A stretch of DNA of 64,000 nucleotides from an uncultured Nitrospiraceae bacterium (GTDB lineage Bacteria; Nitrospirota; Nitrospiria; Nitrospirales; Nitrospiraceae). The stretch lies in contig CAVPLT010000001.1 of the NCBI GenBank assembly GCA_963706325.1, positions 1,088,001 to 1,152,000 on the forward strand. The letters are read 5' to 3'. Both the position numbers and the translations under genes were made by a program. The notes beneath the pieces were generated by a model. The model ran no database searches. It saw only the letters and a list, made by a program, of their open reading frames with translations, and had not been told where the DNA came from. Shown one piece after another: positions 10,049 through 22,135 of this stretch (its first letter is position 1; each line of letters starts with the position of its first letter).

Positions 10049-11440
10049 GTGAACGTCAAGGGTCTACAGGTCACAGTGGTCGGACTCGCGCGAAGTGGCG
10101 TGGCGGCGGCGCGGCTGCTGAGCCGGCTCGGTGCGCATGTGACCGCGGCCGATCGCAAGGATCCGCAAGAATTGAGTGCCGTTCTGCAGCAACTGGATCA
10201 GTCCACCATCGCCATACGCGTTGGAGCGCAGTATGAATCGGCGCTCGAACGGGCGGATCTCATCGTGATCAGCCCCGGCGTTCCGACTCACCTCGACGCG
10301 CTCAATCGCGCGCATGCGCGTGGCGTCCCAGTGATCGGCGAATTGGAATTGGCGTCGCGATTTCTGACCGCACCCGTCCTGGCTGTGACCGGAACCAACG
10401 GAAAAAGCACGACGGTGACGTTAGTCGGTAAGTTTTTGCAAGAGGCCGGAAAACGGGCCTTTGTCGGAGGCAATTTGGGAATTGCTGCCAGCGAAGCGGC
10501 GCTCGCCTGCATCCAGGCACAGTCCGAGGGTGTCCCCGCACCCTATGACTATATGGTGTTGGAAGCCTCCAGCTTTCAGCTGGAAACCATCGAGCAATTT
10601 CATCCCTGGATTGCCGCTGTCCTCAACGTGACGTTGGATCACATGGATCGATATGCGTCGGTAGACGGCTACGTGGCGGCAAAAGCGAACATCTTTTCCA
10701 ATCAGGTCGCTGGCGACTATTCTCTCTTCAACCTGGACGATGTGCGCGTCGCAAACCTTCGTCCGCGCACCCAGGCGACGGTGTTGGGATTCAGCCGGAC
10801 CGGTGCCCTGCTTCCAGGTGTCTCTGGTGTCACATTCTTGGAGGGCGACAGGATCGTGACGACCGTCAGAGGGTCACGAGAAGAGATCTGTCGTCGGAGC
10901 GACATGCGTTTGATCGGACTCCACAACGTTGAAAACGTGATGGCCGCGATGACCTATGGCTTACTCTGCGGCTGTTCGCTCGACGCGATTCGCTTTGTGC
11001 TGCATTCATTTCCCGGCTTGGAACATGCCCTTGAGGTCGTCCGCGAACGTCGAGGCGTCCGATATGTCAACGACTCGAAGGGCACGAACGTGGATGCGGT
11101 GCTCAAGGCTCTGGAAGGAATCGAGCAGCCCATTTGGTTGATTGCCGGAGGACGCGACAAGGGAGGCGATTTTGCTCGTCTGCGCGAATTGATACGGCAG
11201 CGGGTGAGGGGACTCATTCTGATCGGCGAGGCGGCCGGCCGCATCCAGGCCGCCATGGGAGACTTTGATCGGTGTCGTCCTGCAGCGACTCTCCGCGATG
11301 CCGTGGAGCTTGCTGCTCGCGAGGCGCAGCCCGGTGAGGTGGTCTTACTCTCACCGGCCTGCGCCAGTTTTGACATGTTCGCGGATTATCAGGACCGAGG
11401 CCGGCAGTTCAAGGGCCTTGTACAGGCGCTGCCGGCGTGA
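10049..11440 (+). CDS. murD: UDP-MurNAc-L-Ala:D-Glu ligase
   Basis: [28 protein letters not shown] and [11 protein letters not shown] motifs; GTG start after GGAG. Confidence 0.95.
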   Translation: MNVKGLQVTVVGLARSGVAAARLLSRLGAHVTAADRKDPQELSAVLQQLDQSTIAIRVGAQYESALERADLIVISPGVPTHLDALNRAHARGVPVIGELELASRFLTAPVLAVTGTNGKSTTVTLVGKFLQEAGKRAFVGGNLGIAASEAALACIQAQSEGVPAPYDYMVLEASSFQLETIEQFHPWIAAVLNVTLDHMDRYASVDGYVAAKANIFSNQVAGDYSLFNLDDVRVANLRPRTQATVLGFSRTGALLPGVSGVTFLEGDRIVTTVRGSREEICRRSDMRLIGLHNVENVMAAMTYGLLCGCSLDAIRFVLHSFPGLEHALEVVRERRGVRYVNDSKGTNVDAVLKALEGIEQPIWLIAGGRDKGGDFARLRELIRQRVRGLILIGEAAGRIQAAMGDFDRCRPAATLRDAVELAAREAQPGEVVLLSPACASFDMFADYQDRGRQFKGLVQALPA

Positions 11441-11475
11441 AACCGGCAGAAGCTGGGAGGAACGACAGCTGAACG

Positions 11476-12684
11476 ATGGCACAGAACGCGCTCGGGACAC
11501 TCAGTTTGCCCTGGTCGGCCTCGCCCCAGCGGTCGTCCAAACGCGTGCCGGTGGACCCGGCGCTGTTGGCGATCACGCTCGTCCTGGCACTGGTGGGAGT
11601 CGTAATGGTGTTCAGCGCGAGTGCCGTAGTGGCGGGGAGCCGCTTTCACGATCCTTGGTATTTCCTCAAACGTCAATTGGCATGGCTGGGCGCCGGCCTA
11701 CTCGTGATGCATCTTGTGTCGAAGATCGACTACACCCTCTGGCGGAAGCTCTCGGTCCCATTGTTGTTGATGACGACGGTGCTGCTGGTGCTGGTTCTCG
11801 TTCCCTCGCTCGGCAGCGCGGCCAAGGGGGCGCGACGGTGGCTGCATGTGGGGCCGATCAACATTCAGCCAGCCGAGCTGAGCAAATTTGTGGTGGTGAT
11901 TTATGTCGCGGCCTATGTGAGCAAGAAGCAGGACCAGCTGACGCAGTTCGCGCGCGGCCTATTGCCTCCGTTGATCGTCCTCGGACTGCTCAGCGGATTG
12001 ATCCTCCTGGAGCCCGATCTGGGCACGGTGGTGGTGATGGGACTGGTGGTCGTGACGCTGTTGTTTCTTGCAGGGGCGCGCATCAAACACCTTGGGCTCC
12101 TGTCGTTATGCGCGTTGCCTGCGGTTGCGGCATTGATCTTTGGATCGAGCTATCGGCGACAACGGCTGATGACGTTCCTGTCTCCCTGGAAGAATGCCTC
12201 CGATTCGGGCTTTCAAATCACCCAGTCGTTTTTGGCGTTCGGCAGCGGGGGACCCTTCGGAGTGGGGCTGGGCGAGGGGAAGCAGAAGTTGTTCTTTCTA
12301 CCGGAGGCGCATACGGATTTTGTGCTGGCCCTGGTCGGGGAGGAGCTTGGGTTGGCCGGCAGCGTGGCGATCGTGATGTTGTTCGGATTGTTTGTCCTGA
12401 AAGGCTTTCAGATCGCCGGGCGGGCACGCGACCCATTCGGCCGGTATCTCGCCATGGGCATCACCATGCTGGTCGGTATGCAAGCATTGGTCAATGCCGG
12501 CGTCGTCACCGGACTCTTGCCGACCAAGGGATTGACCCTGCCGTTCGTCAGTTATGGCGGGTCATCGTTAGTGGCCAATTTGTTCGGCGTCGGCATCTTA
12601 TTGAGTATCTCGCGCGACCGGCAGGGCGGGCGGGAGAGCGGTGGCCCGCGCGGTGGACGGAAGCGTGGGGTTGTCACGGCATGA
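11476..12684 (+). CDS. ftsW: SEDS peptidoglycan polymerase FtsW
   Basis: GARRW, IQPAE, EPDLG, LPEAHTDF, GEELG and LPFVSYGGSS motifs. Confidence 0.96.
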   Translation: MAQNALGTLSLPWSASPQRSSKRVPVDPALLAITLVLALVGVVMVFSASAVVAGSRFHDPWYFLKRQLAWLGAGLLVMHLVSKIDYTLWRKLSVPLLLMTTVLLVLVLVPSLGSAAKGARRWLHVGPINIQPAELSKFVVVIYVAAYVSKKQDQLTQFARGLLPPLIVLGLLSGLILLEPDLGTVVVMGLVVVTLLFLAGARIKHLGLLSLCALPAVAALIFGSSYRRQRLMTFLSPWKNASDSGFQITQSFLAFGSGGPFGVGLGEGKQKLFFLPEAHTDFVLALVGEELGLAGSVAIVMLFGLFVLKGFQIAGRARDPFGRYLAMGITMLVGMQALVNAGVVTGLLPTKGLTLPFVSYGGSSLVANLFGVGILLSISRDRQGGRESGGPRGGRKRGVVTA

Positions 12685-13802
12685 ACATTGTCATCGCAGC
12701 CGGCGGAACCGGCGGGCATCTCTACCCGGCTATTGCCGTGGCCCGGGAGTTTCTAGAACGAGACCCCTCTACGCGAATCCTGTTCGTCGGCACGACGCGT
12801 GGCATTGAGCGTAAGGTACTCGCGCACGAGGGGTTTCCCTTGCAGTGCATTGCCGCTAATCCTTTGATGGGGAAGCGTCCCAGCGAAATACTGAAGGCAC
12901 TGTTCACATTACCCATGAGTCTGGGGCAATCGCTCAGTATTCTCAAAGCGCAGGGGGCTGATCTTGTGTTTGGGGTGGGCGGCTATACCAGCCCGGCGAT
13001 GCTCTTAGCGGCGTTTCTGCGACGAATCCCCGGGGTGATTCTCGAGCCGAACGCCTTTCCAGGAATGGCCAACAAAGCAGTTGCGCCGCTCGTCCAGCGA
13101 ATTTTTCTGGCCTTTGAATCGACCGTGCAATTCTTCGACCGACGAAAGACCAGGGTGGTCGGGACACCGGTCCGCCAGGCATTCCTCGCAGCCGAGGAGC
13201 CCGATGCCCGGCGAGCCGACGTATCGACTACACGACATCTGTTGATTTTTGGCGGGAGTCAAGGCGCCAAGGCCATCAATTCAGCAGTCATCGAGGCATT
13301 GCCGTTGCTCGGCGTTATGAAAGACCGCCCGACCATTACACATCAGACGGGCGAAGCCGACCACGCCCGGGTTGTCGCCGCTTACGACAGGGCTGGAGTC
13401 GCCGCTCAGGTGGTGCCATTTTTGTACGACATGCCGACGGTGCTTCGTGCGGCTAATCTTGTGGTCTCCCGATCGGGCGCCATGACGATCGCTGAGCTTA
13501 CTGTGTGCGGAAAGCCGGCAATTCTGATCCCCCTCCCGACTGCGATTTACAATCATCAGCTGCGCAATGCGGAGGTGATGGCTCAGGCTGGAGGCGCCCT
13601 GCTGCTCCCACAGGCGGAATTGACCGGCCCATGCCTGGCTCGCGCCATCACGGAGATTTTGTGCGATCCCCAGCGGCTTCACGTCATGAGTCGACAGAGC
13701 TGGAATATGCGCCGTAGCGATGCGGCCAAAACCATTGTTCGTGAGTGCTACGAGGTCATAAGGAGGCGCCATGCGATCAGCGGGAGCGCTCGCGTCCCAT
13801 GA
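12681..13802 (+). CDS. murG: Lipid II GlcNAc transferase
   Basis: [19 protein letters not shown] and RSGAMT motifs; ATG at 12681 overlaps the ftsW stop. Confidence 0.96.
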   Translation: MNIVIAAGGTGGHLYPAIAVAREFLERDPSTRILFVGTTRGIERKVLAHEGFPLQCIAANPLMGKRPSEILKALFTLPMSLGQSLSILKAQGADLVFGVGGYTSPAMLLAAFLRRIPGVILEPNAFPGMANKAVAPLVQRIFLAFESTVQFFDRRKTRVVGTPVRQAFLAAEEPDARRADVSTTRHLLIFGGSQGAKAINSAVIEALPLLGVMKDRPTITHQTGEADHARVVAAYDRAGVAAQVVPFLYDMPTVLRAANLVVSRSGAMTIAELTVCGKPAILIPLPTAIYNHQLRNAEVMAQAGGALLLPQAELTGPCLARAITEILCDPQRLHVMSRQSWNMRRSDAAKTIVRECYEVIRRRHAISGSARVP

Positions 13803-13884
13803 ATCACGAGACCAGGAGGGACAGCGCGATGACCGGCACAGCCTACGCAAACCATTCGGAATACAGGGGTTAAGGCAGGCGACG

Positions 13885-15267
13885 ATGTTTAGAAAAACAC
13901 AACATATTCATCTGGTGGGTATCGGTGGCTCAGGGATGAGCGGGATCGCCGAGGTGTTGCTGACGCTCGGCTACAAGGTCAGCGGTTCGGATTTGAGCCA
14001 GTCGGAAACCACGCGCCGGCTCGAGGAGTTGGGGGGACGCATTGCCATCGGCCATCAGGAGTCCAATATCGGCGAGGCGCAGGTGGTAGTGATTTCCTCC
14101 GCTGTGGCCGCGACCAATCCTGAGGTGGTTGCCGCGAAGGGGAAACAGATTCCCGTCATCCCGCGTGCCGAGATGTTGGCGGAGTTGATGCGGCTGAAAT
14201 TCGGTGTGGCCATCGCAGGCGCCCACGGCAAGACGACGACCACCTCAATGGTGGCCAATGTGCTGGCCCAAGGCGGCTTGGACCCGACCATGGTGATCGG
14301 CGGAAAAGTGAATGCGCTGGGAAGCCATGCACGTCTAGGGCGTGGCGATCTGCTCGTCGCGGAAGCCGATGAAAGCGATGGGTCATTCCTTCGGCTGGCG
14401 CCAACGATCGCGGCGGTCACAAATATCGATCGCGAACATCTCGACCACTATGGAACGATGGAGCGGCTCAACGACAGCTTTCTGGAATTTATCAATAAGG
14501 TTCCGTTCTACGGGTTGGCGGTGCTTTGCGCTGATGACGAGCGACTGTGTGAGCTGCTGCCGCGCGTCGTCAAGCGGTACCAGACCTATGGCCTCCATGA
14601 ACACCCCGGCCATGTGCCGGATTTCCGGGCGACCGACATCAGCCTGCGGCAGTGGGGGTCAGAGTTCCGCGTCTTTTTCCGTGGTCGAAATCTCGGACCG
14701 TTCCGGCTGGCCATCCCAGGCATTCACAATGTGTCGAATTCGCTGATCGCGATCGCGATCGGCATGGAATTGGAAATCCCCGTCGATCTGATCCGCAAAG
14801 GCCTTGCCGCCTTCACCGGTGTGGAGCGGCGTTTTCATCTACGCGGCGAAAAGGCCGGAATCATGGTGGTGGACGATTATGGGCACCATCCGACCGAAGT
14901 TCGCGCGACGATCGCGGCGGCGAAGCAAGGCTGGGACAGGCGCGTGGTGGTGCTATTCCAGCCGCATCGCTACAGCCGTTCACGCGATTTGATGCAGGAA
15001 TTTTCCCATGCCTTTGATCAGGCGGATGCACTGTTTATGACGGAGATCTATGCGGCCGGCGAACAGCCGATTCCCGGGGTATCCGGTGAAAAATTGGTGG
15101 AGGCTGTTCGAACAGCAGGCCATCCATCAGCGACCTTCGTTGGACGCAAAGAAACCTTAGCGGATCAGGTGTTGCCGACGCTGAAGTCGGGTGATCTTGT
15201 CATCACTCTCGGAGCTGGGGACATCTGGAAGGCGGGTTTGGCGATTCTGGAACGGTTACCGGCTTAA
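13885..15267 (+). CDS. murC: UDP-MurNAc:L-Ala ligase
   Basis: [32 protein letters not shown] and FQPHRYSR motifs. Confidence 0.97.
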   Translation: MFRKTQHIHLVGIGGSGMSGIAEVLLTLGYKVSGSDLSQSETTRRLEELGGRIAIGHQESNIGEAQVVVISSAVAATNPEVVAAKGKQIPVIPRAEMLAELMRLKFGVAIAGAHGKTTTTSMVANVLAQGGLDPTMVIGGKVNALGSHARLGRGDLLVAEADESDGSFLRLAPTIAAVTNIDREHLDHYGTMERLNDSFLEFINKVPFYGLAVLCADDERLCELLPRVVKRYQTYGLHEHPGHVPDFRATDISLRQWGSEFRVFFRGRNLGPFRLAIPGIHNVSNSLIAIAIGMELEIPVDLIRKGLAAFTGVERRFHLRGEKAGIMVVDDYGHHPTEVRATIAAAKQGWDRRVVVLFQPHRYSRSRDLMQEFSHAFDQADALFMTEIYAAGEQPIPGVSGEKLVEAVRTAGHPSATFVGRKETLADQVLPTLKSGDLVITLGAGDIWKAGLAILERLPA

Positions 15268-15277
15268 GCGTACTGCG

Positions 15278-16222
15278 ATGGGTGAAATGGAGCCAACCGC
15301 AGGCCGGAAGACCCGATCGACGAGAAGCAAAAAGGATTGGGCACGCATCCTTCAAGGAGTTCGGGGCATGGTCACCTATGAGGCGTCGTTACAATCGTAC
15401 ACGTCTTTCCGTATCGGCGGGCCTGCGGAGGTCTTGATAGAACCGAGCGATGTGGAGGATCTCTGCCGCGTGGTGGCACAGGCCCGCGCCGAAAAGATTA
15501 CGATTTTTGTCGTGGGTGGGACGAATCTGCTGGTGCGTGATGGCGGTATTCGAGGGATCGTGGTCAGTCTGGGCAAATTCAAAGTCATCCGCCAGGAGCC
15601 GGATTATGTGCTCTATGCGGAAGGGGGTGTCGGCATGCCGACCCTGATTGGTTATGCGGTTCGTCGCTCCCTGGCTGGATTGGAGTGGGGCGCCGGCATT
15701 CCGGGGACCGTCGCCGGTTGTGTCGTGATGAATGCCGGGACGCGGTTGGGAGAGATGAAGGATTCCGTAAAGGCCGTTCGAATGATCGATCCGCGTGGGC
15801 GGGTGCTGGACATCCCGGCGGCCGATATTCCCTTCAGTTATCGTCGAGCGCATTTGCCGCCCGGCATCGTCGTGGGCGTGTGGTTACAGTTGAAGCCCGG
15901 TGAGCACAGTCAGATCGAACAGGCGGTGAAGGAGTATTTGCGGTATCGCAAGGACACTCAGCCACTGACGTTGCCCAGTGCCGGCTGTGTGTTCAAGAAT
16001 CCGCCGCAAGATTCAGCCGGCCGACTGGTCGAAGCGGCGGGCCTGAAGGGCGCTCGCGTGGGAGATGCCCAGGTCTCCGAAAAACATGCGAATTTCATGG
16101 TCAACGTAGGCCATGCGAGGGCCGAGGATGTGCTGGCCCTCATTAAGAAAGTTCGCGCAGGGGTGAAAAAGCTGTCAGGTGTCAGGCTCGATTTGGAACT
16201 TAAGGTCGTCGGGCAGGCCTGA
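15278..16222 (+). CDS. murB: UDP-N-acetylenolpyruvoylglucosamine reductase
   Basis: FRIGGPA, GIPGTV, MNAG, SAGCVFKNP and KHANF motifs. Confidence 0.95.
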   Translation: MGEMEPTAGRKTRSTRSKKDWARILQGVRGMVTYEASLQSYTSFRIGGPAEVLIEPSDVEDLCRVVAQARAEKITIFVVGGTNLLVRDGGIRGIVVSLGKFKVIRQEPDYVLYAEGGVGMPTLIGYAVRRSLAGLEWGAGIPGTVAGCVVMNAGTRLGEMKDSVKAVRMIDPRGRVLDIPAADIPFSYRRAHLPPGIVVGVWLQLKPGEHSQIEQAVKEYLRYRKDTQPLTLPSAGCVFKNPPQDSAGRLVEAAGLKGARVGDAQVSEKHANFMVNVGHARAEDVLALIKKVRAGVKKLSGVRLDLELKVVGQA

Positions 16223-16241
16223 CGAGGAGCGAGGAAGGGGC

Positions 16242-17231
16242 ATGGATGTGACAGAACGGAAGCCGCTGACTCGTTCGAAAATCGGGGTACTGATGGGCGG
16301 TCGGTCCTCGGAGCGCGAGGTGTCGCTCAAGACCGGTGAGTCCGTGTATCGCTCGCTGGTGCGAAGCGGCTATGACGCTGTGGCCATTGATGTCGGACCG
16401 GCTCTGACCCAGACTATGCAAGAGCACTCGATCGAGATTGCTTTCTTGGCGCTACATGGCCCAGGCGGAGAGGACGGCGCGATTCAGGGGTTCTTGGAGA
16501 CGCTGGGCATCCCCTATACGGGATCCGGCGTACGGGCGAGCGCGATCGGTATGCATAAGGTGGCAACCAAGACACAACTGGCGGCCGAGGGGATTCCCGT
16601 TCCTAAAGGCATGGTCGTATTACGGGGTAGGGCTCCTTCCTTGTCGCGTATCCTCAGCACGTCCAAATTGACACTGCCTGTGGTCGTCAAGCCGGCGAGC
16701 CAGGGATCCACCATCGGCGTGACCATCGTTCGCAAACCCTCACAATGGAAAGAGGCTCTTCGGCTGGCGCATCAGTACGACGAGGAAGCGATGGTCGAGG
16801 CCTTTATTCCTGGGCATGAGGTGACGGTGTCGTTATTAGGTGGAGCCGATGAGACGGTGAACGGCCTGCCTGCCGTTGAAATCGTCGCTCCGGACGGATT
16901 CTATGATTTCTCAGCGAAGTATGAAAAAGGCCGGACTCAGTATCTCTGCCCGGCGCCGCTGTCTGCTTCAGTGACCAGGCAGATTCGGCAACTCGCGATC
17001 AAGACCTATCAGGTGTTGGGCTGCAACGGAGCCGCACGCGTGGATTTTCGCATCACGCCGAAGGGCAAACCGTACGTGCTGGAAATCAACACGGTGCCAG
17101 GAATGACGGAGACGAGTCTTTTGCCGATGGCCGCGGGCAAGGCCGGTATTTCCTATGACGCATTGACGGAACGGATTCTCCAGTCTGCGCTCGCGCGAGC
17201 GGGAGTGGGCTCATTCCGAGCGGTGAGGTAG
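16242..17231 (+). CDS. ddl: D-alanine--D-alanine ligase
   Basis: GGRSSEREVS, LHGPGGEDG, GSTIG and EINTVPGMT motifs. Confidence 0.96.
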   Translation: MDVTERKPLTRSKIGVLMGGRSSEREVSLKTGESVYRSLVRSGYDAVAIDVGPALTQTMQEHSIEIAFLALHGPGGEDGAIQGFLETLGIPYTGSGVRASAIGMHKVATKTQLAAEGIPVPKGMVVLRGRAPSLSRILSTSKLTLPVVVKPASQGSTIGVTIVRKPSQWKEALRLAHQYDEEAMVEAFIPGHEVTVSLLGGADETVNGLPAVEIVAPDGFYDFSAKYEKGRTQYLCPAPLSASVTRQIRQLAIKTYQVLGCNGAARVDFRITPKGKPYVLEINTVPGMTETSLLPMAAGKAGISYDALTERILQSALARAGVGSFRAVR

Positions 17232-17233
17232 GC

Positions 17234-18106
17234 ATGTCTCTGCGGTGGCGCCGTACAACACGCGCAAAGAAGGACAATCCGCGGGCCAACGCGCGCTCGG
17301 AGTCTCCCTTCAAGCGCGACCGAGGGGGCGCCGCCGGCGGGTATTGGTCGCGACTGGGGCGTGGGCTGCTGATCTCCCTGCGGGTGGTCGCGACGGTGAC
17401 GGTGTTGGTCGGGGGTTGTTCGGGGCTGTTTGTATTGGCCCGCGAATTGGGACCCCTCACCCGTGAGTGGTTTTTGGTGCGCTCGGTTTCGGTGAACGGC
17501 CTGCATCATGTGACCAGAAAAGAAGTGATCGGCAGATTGGCGCTAAAACCCGATACCGCGCTGTATTCCATTAATCCCTCATGGCTGGCGGCACGGCTCC
17601 GAACCCACCCATGGATCAAAGACGCGACGGTGGCACTGAAGCCATTACATGACATCCATATCGAAATCGTTGAGCGGCTGCCGGCTGTCGTGGTACGCAC
17701 GCTGACAGAAAACCTTCTGACCGATGCGGAGGGTGTGTTGTTGGCGCATCTGGGGTCGACCGACGATCCGACTCTGCCCATTCTCTCCGGCGTCGACGGG
17801 AAACGGTTGGCACAAGGTAAAGCTGAGGATCGACGCGCGGTCTACGTCGGCGCGGCGTTGGCTCGCATGGTGGGGCAGACGACGGGCGGTCGCCCGGACA
17901 TCAATGTGGAAAATCTGAATAATATGGTCGTGCTGGTGCAGGGCGTCACGTTTCAATTCAGCGAGACGTCCATGGATCAACAGTGGTCGCGGTTTCTCAA
18001 AATGCGATCCTCATTGCGTGATGTGGATTTTGACGGCGAGGGCGCCAGGGCGAATGAAATCGATCTTCGCTTTGCCGACCGCGTCATTGTTCGAGGAAGG
18101 GGGTGA
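17234..18106 (+). CDS. ftsQ: Cell division protein FtsQ
   Basis: Basic N-terminus, one TM helix, POTRA region (HPWIK..VERLP) and C-terminal IDLRF; lies between ddl and ftsA. Confidence 0.88.
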   Translation: MSLRWRRTTRAKKDNPRANARSESPFKRDRGGAAGGYWSRLGRGLLISLRVVATVTVLVGGCSGLFVLARELGPLTREWFLVRSVSVNGLHHVTRKEVIGRLALKPDTALYSINPSWLAARLRTHPWIKDATVALKPLHDIHIEIVERLPAVVVRTLTENLLTDAEGVLLAHLGSTDDPTLPILSGVDGKRLAQGKAEDRRAVYVGAALARMVGQTTGGRPDINVENLNNMVVLVQGVTFQFSETSMDQQWSRFLKMRSSLRDVDFDGEGARANEIDLRFADRVIVRGRG

Positions 18107-19347
18107 GCCGAGTGTCTAAGCGGGATCATATCCTGGTCGGACTCGACATCGGGACTACGAAGATTTGCGCGATTGTCGCCGAAGTGCCGGAGGAGGGCCC
18201 GCTGAACATCATCGGTGTCGGCTCCTGCCCGTCGCGCGGGCTTCGCAAAGGCGTGGTGGTCAATATCGAAAGTACGGTGGAGTCGATCAAGAAAGCGGTT
18301 GAAGAAGCGGAGTTGATGGCGGCCGTGCAGATCAATTCCGTCTATACGGGTATCGCCGGCAGCCATATTTCCGGTGAGAATCTCAAGGGCGTGGTGGCCC
18401 TCAAGAAGCAGGAAGTCACGCGGGATGACATCAGCCGCGCGGTGGAAAGTGCGCGGACCCTCGCGGTGATTCCACACGAGCGACGCATTCTGCATGTGCT
18501 GCCGCGCGAATTCATGGTCGATGATCAGGAGGGCGTCCGCGAGCCATTGGGTATGTCGGGCAACCGACTTGAAGTGAACGTGCATGTGATCACCGGCGCG
18601 GTGACCTCGGCGCAGAACATTATCAAAAGCGTCAATCGAGCCGGACTCGATGTGGTGGACATTATCCTGCAGCCGCTCGCGTCGAGCGAGGCTGTGCTGA
18701 GCGCGGAAGAGCGAGAGTTGGGTGTGGCCATGGTCGACCTGGGTGGCGGCACGACCGATTTGGCGATCTTTCTCGACGGAAGCATCCGGCATACGGCGGT
18801 GTTGCCCATCGGGGGCCAGAACCTGACCAAGGATCTCGCAATCGGTCTATTGACCTCCCAAACCGACGCGGAAAAAATCAAAGTGCAGCACGGGATCGCC
18901 CGCACCGAGCTGGTGCATGGGCATCAGACTGTGGAAGTTCCGTCCGTGGGCGATCGCCCGCCGCGGCAATTTACGCGCCGCGATATTGCAGAGATCCTTG
19001 AGCCGCGCGTTGAAGAGATGTTCGATCTCGTGAAGCGAGAGATCGTGCGGGCCGGTTATGAGGGCATGTTGGGCGCCGGGGTCGTCATCACCGGCGGCAC
19101 CTCGCTGTTGGAAGGCATGCCCGATGCGGCGGAGCGAGGGTTGAATCTTCCGGCGCGGCGAGGTATGCCGACAGGCATCGGTGGACTACGCGATATTGTG
19201 AGCAATCCGATGCACGCGACCGGCGTCGGACTGCTGCTGCATGCGCGTCAGCACGCCGATAATTTGGAGGCAGCCGGCATGCGTCATGGGAAAGGCTTGG
19301 GGAGAGTATTCGATCGCATGCGATCGTGGATGTTCGAGTTTTTCTAA
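18103..19347 (+). CDS. ftsA: Cell division protein FtsA
   Basis: [16 protein letters not shown] and VITGG motifs; C-terminal amphipathic helix. Confidence 0.97.
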   Translation: MSRVSKRDHILVGLDIGTTKICAIVAEVPEEGPLNIIGVGSCPSRGLRKGVVVNIESTVESIKKAVEEAELMAAVQINSVYTGIAGSHISGENLKGVVALKKQEVTRDDISRAVESARTLAVIPHERRILHVLPREFMVDDQEGVREPLGMSGNRLEVNVHVITGAVTSAQNIIKSVNRAGLDVVDIILQPLASSEAVLSAEERELGVAMVDLGGGTTDLAIFLDGSIRHTAVLPIGGQNLTKDLAIGLLTSQTDAEKIKVQHGIARTELVHGHQTVEVPSVGDRPPRQFTRRDIAEILEPRVEEMFDLVKREIVRAGYEGMLGAGVVITGGTSLLEGMPDAAERGLNLPARRGMPTGIGGLRDIVSNPMHATGVGLLLHARQHADNLEAAGMRHGKGLGRVFDRMRSWMFEFF

Positions 19348-19400
19348 CTGTCGCGGACGGCATGATGCCGCAGCCGCGCCATCGACAAGGAGGTGCCACG

Positions 19401-20600
19401 ATGTTTTCATTTCAGGAAGAGCCTCAATCACCCGTCCGCATCAAGGTGATCGGTGTGGGTGGGGCCGGCTGCAACGCCGTCAATACCATGATTACCGGCG
19501 GATTGTGCCGGGTTGATTTCGTGGCCGCCAATACGGACGTCCAGGCATTGGAACGATCCCATGCCTCCTATAAAATTCAGATCGGGCCGGAGCGGACTCG
19601 TGGCCTGGGCGCCGGCGCCAAACCGGAAGTGGGGCGTGACGCCGCGCTGGAAAGCAAGGATGAAATCCGGGAGAGTTTGGTCGGCGCCGACATGGTGTTC
19701 GTCACCGCCGGCATGGGCGGCGGGACCGGTACGGGCGCGGCCCCCATTGTCGCGAGCATCGCGCGCGAATTAGGGATTCTGACGGTGGCGGTCGTGACAA
19801 AACCTTTTCAGTATGAAGGTCATCGGCGGATGAGCCACGCTGAGGAAGGTATTCGCGATCTTGGTCGACATGTCGATACGTTGCTGATTATTCCGAATCA
19901 ACGGTTGCTCGGCATCGTCGATAAGGCGACTCCCCTGCTGGACGCTTTTAAGGTAGCGGACGATGTGTTGCGCCAAGCCATTCAAGGCATCGCTGATGTG
20001 ATTACGACCATCGGACTGGTGAATGTCGACTTTGCCGATGTGCGGACCATCATGGCCCACACGGGACGGGCAGTCATGGGCATGGGAATCGGTCGTGGCG
20101 CCAACCGGGCGCAGGATGCGGCCAACCAGGCGATTTGCAGCCCACTGCTGGAAGAAGGCAGTGTGGAAGGCGCGCGTGGCGTGTTGCTGAATATCACGGG
20201 CGGTCCGAACATGTCGCTGCATGAAGTAGAAGAAGCCGCCTCGATTGTACAACATGCGGCGGATGCGGAAGCGAACATCATCGTCGGACAGGTGATCAAT
20301 CCCGAGATTGGCGACGATCTGATCGTCACCGTTATTGCCACCGGATTTGAGCGGGAAGAAGTTCCTTCGACCAGACCGGTGACGCCGGAACGCGCTGCGG
20401 TGCGACCGACTAATGGGCGGCCAGCCCAGCAAGTGTTGACCGGGGTGCATGCTTCAGGATCGGATCGACCCCATAAAGATCTAGATCGTCCGACCTTCTT
20501 GCGACGGATGGGTGAGCAGCGTGAAGCGGTGGAGCGGATCGCAGTGGTCGGCGACGATGAGTGGGATGTGCCGACCTTCCTACGCAAGCAGGCCGATTAA
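19401..20600 (+). CDS. ftsZ: Cell division protein FtsZ
   Basis: [16 protein letters not shown] and NVDFAD motifs, C-terminal [20 protein letters not shown]. Confidence 0.98.
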   Translation: MFSFQEEPQSPVRIKVIGVGGAGCNAVNTMITGGLCRVDFVAANTDVQALERSHASYKIQIGPERTRGLGAGAKPEVGRDAALESKDEIRESLVGADMVFVTAGMGGGTGTGAAPIVASIARELGILTVAVVTKPFQYEGHRRMSHAEEGIRDLGRHVDTLLIIPNQRLLGIVDKATPLLDAFKVADDVLRQAIQGIADVITTIGLVNVDFADVRTIMAHTGRAVMGMGIGRGANRAQDAANQAICSPLLEEGSVEGARGVLLNITGGPNMSLHEVEEAASIVQHAADAEANIIVGQVINPEIGDDLIVTVIATGFEREEVPSTRPVTPERAAVRPTNGRPAQQVLTGVHASGSDRPHKDLDRPTFLRRMGEQREAVERIAVVGDDEWDVPTFLRKQAD

Positions 20601-20640
20601 AGAATCACGGTTGTCGCTTGTGGTGAGACAGCGATACGCG

Positions 20641-21378
20641 ATGGCTTCCGCCGTGATTACCGTTCCATCATTTGCGCCGATCGCAGATGGCGTGGAGCAT
20701 TTTTTTGGGACTCGGTCGTCGTCCTTCCCGGTGACGCCGGGTCGTCCTGCTCTGCTTCAGGAAACCCATGGGGATCGAGCCGGGATGGTTATGGTGGCGG
20801 TCAAGCAGGTTCATGGGACGAATGTTCTGGTCGTGGATCAGCCGGTTCGAGAGGGAGAGTCATTCGAGGGCGGTTGGGACGCGCTGGTCACCGATCAGCC
20901 TGGTGTGATGGTGACCGTACGGACTGCGGATTGTGTTCCGGTGCTGCTGCACGATCCGGTTCAGCGGGTGGTCGCGGCGGTTCATGCCGGCTGGCGTGGG
21001 GCGCTGGCCGGGATCGTGCCGAAGACCGTCGCCTTACTGGTGAGCCGATTTGGAGCCACTGTCGAACGACTGCGCATGGCGATCGGGCCTTCCGCCGGCC
21101 CCTGCTGTTATGAAGTGGATGAGCCGGTGCTGGCAAGACTACGGGAAGCCTTTCCTGAATGGCGGTCTGTCGTAGAGCCGAGAGGCGCCGAGAAGGCCCA
21201 TCTTGATTTGCGCGCATTGGTGCGGCGACAAGGGCTAGCGGACGGGCTACCAGCAGAACGAATTGTGACCGTCAATGTCTGTACGATCTGCCATCCCGAC
21301 CTGTTTTTCAGCTACCGGCGCGAGGGTGTGGTGAAGGCCACGATGGTCAGCGGGATCGCGTTGGCGCAGCGCCCATAG
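20641..21378 (+). CDS. pgeF: Peptidoglycan editing factor / purine nucleoside phosphorylase YfiH family
   Basis: QVHG, TADCVPV, HAGWRG, CYEV and FFSYRR motifs. Confidence 0.92.
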   Translation: MASAVITVPSFAPIADGVEHFFGTRSSSFPVTPGRPALLQETHGDRAGMVMVAVKQVHGTNVLVVDQPVREGESFEGGWDALVTDQPGVMVTVRTADCVPVLLHDPVQRVVAAVHAGWRGALAGIVPKTVALLVSRFGATVERLRMAIGPSAGPCCYEVDEPVLARLREAFPEWRSVVEPRGAEKAHLDLRALVRRQGLADGLPAERIVTVNVCTICHPDLFFSYRREGVVKATMVSGIALAQRP

Positions 21379-21427
21379 TCGTCCCGGACGCTCGGCTGCA
21401 GCATCGATTCGCAGGGGTGGTAGCGGG

Positions 21428-22135
21428 ATGCAGACAGAGTCAGGAGAGATCGCCGCTCGAGTTCGCGTGGTGTTCGATGAGATCCAACGCGCGGCTCGTC
21501 GCGCTGGGCGTTCGCCAGACGACGTTCGGCTCATGGCGGTTTCCAAGACGGTATCCGTTGAACAGCTGCGTGAGGCCGTGGACGCGGGAATTCGGCATGT
21601 CGGAGAGAATCGCCTTCAGGAAGCGGCACCAAAAATTGACATGTTGGGGCGCGATGGTGTGGTATGGCATTTCGTCGGCTCCCTACAGCGCCGCAAAGTG
21701 AAATCGGTTGTCGGTCGATTTGAGACGATCCATTCAGTCGATAGTCTGGCCTTGGCGGAAGAGATCGACCGGCGCGCTCAGGAGGCTGGGCTCCGTCAGC
21801 GTGTGCTGCTGGAAGTGAATCTTGGGGGAGAAGTCAGCAAGGGCGGGTTCGAGTCGAAGAATCTTTTAGCCGTTCTGACGTCACTTAACGGGTTGCAACA
21901 CCTGAAAGTTCGCGGCCTCATGGTCATTCCGCCGCCTGGCCCCACAGCAGAAAGCGCTCGTCCTTATTTTCAACGGCTTCGAGAACTCGCGCAGACATTG
22001 ACAGCACAAGGTTGCGAGAACATTAATATGCAGGAGTTGTCGATGGGCATGTCCCACGACTACCAGGTGGCTGTTGAAGAAGGCGCCACCTATGTACGAG
22101 TGGGAACCGCGATTTTTGGAGCGCGTCGTGACTAA
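21428..22135 (+). CDS. yggS: PLP homeostasis protein (YggS family)
   Basis: AVSKT, GENRLQE, WHFVGSLQ, LSMGMS and VRVGTAIFG motifs. Confidence 0.95.
   Translation: MQTESGEIAARVRVVFDEIQRAARRAGRSPDDVRLMAVSKTVSVEQLREAVDAGIRHVGENRLQEAAPKIDMLGRDGVVWHFVGSLQRRKVKSVVGRFETIHSVDSLALAEEIDRRAQEAGLRQRVLLEVNLGGEVSKGGFESKNLLAVLTSLNGLQHLKVRGLMVIPPPGPTAESARPYFQRLRELAQTLTAQGCENINMQELSMGMSHDYQVAVEEGATYVRVGTAIFGARRD

Noticed and set aside
11265..13802. 845-aa ORF that looks like a large MurG fusion
   Set aside because: The first 472 codons are an off-frame overlap of murD and ftsW; MurG motifs begin at ATG 12681.
16895..16925. Ddl omega loop FYDFSAKY as a possible D-Ala-D-Lac ligase
   Set aside because: The specificity-determining terminal Tyr (KY) is retained, consistent with D-Ala-D-Ala activity.
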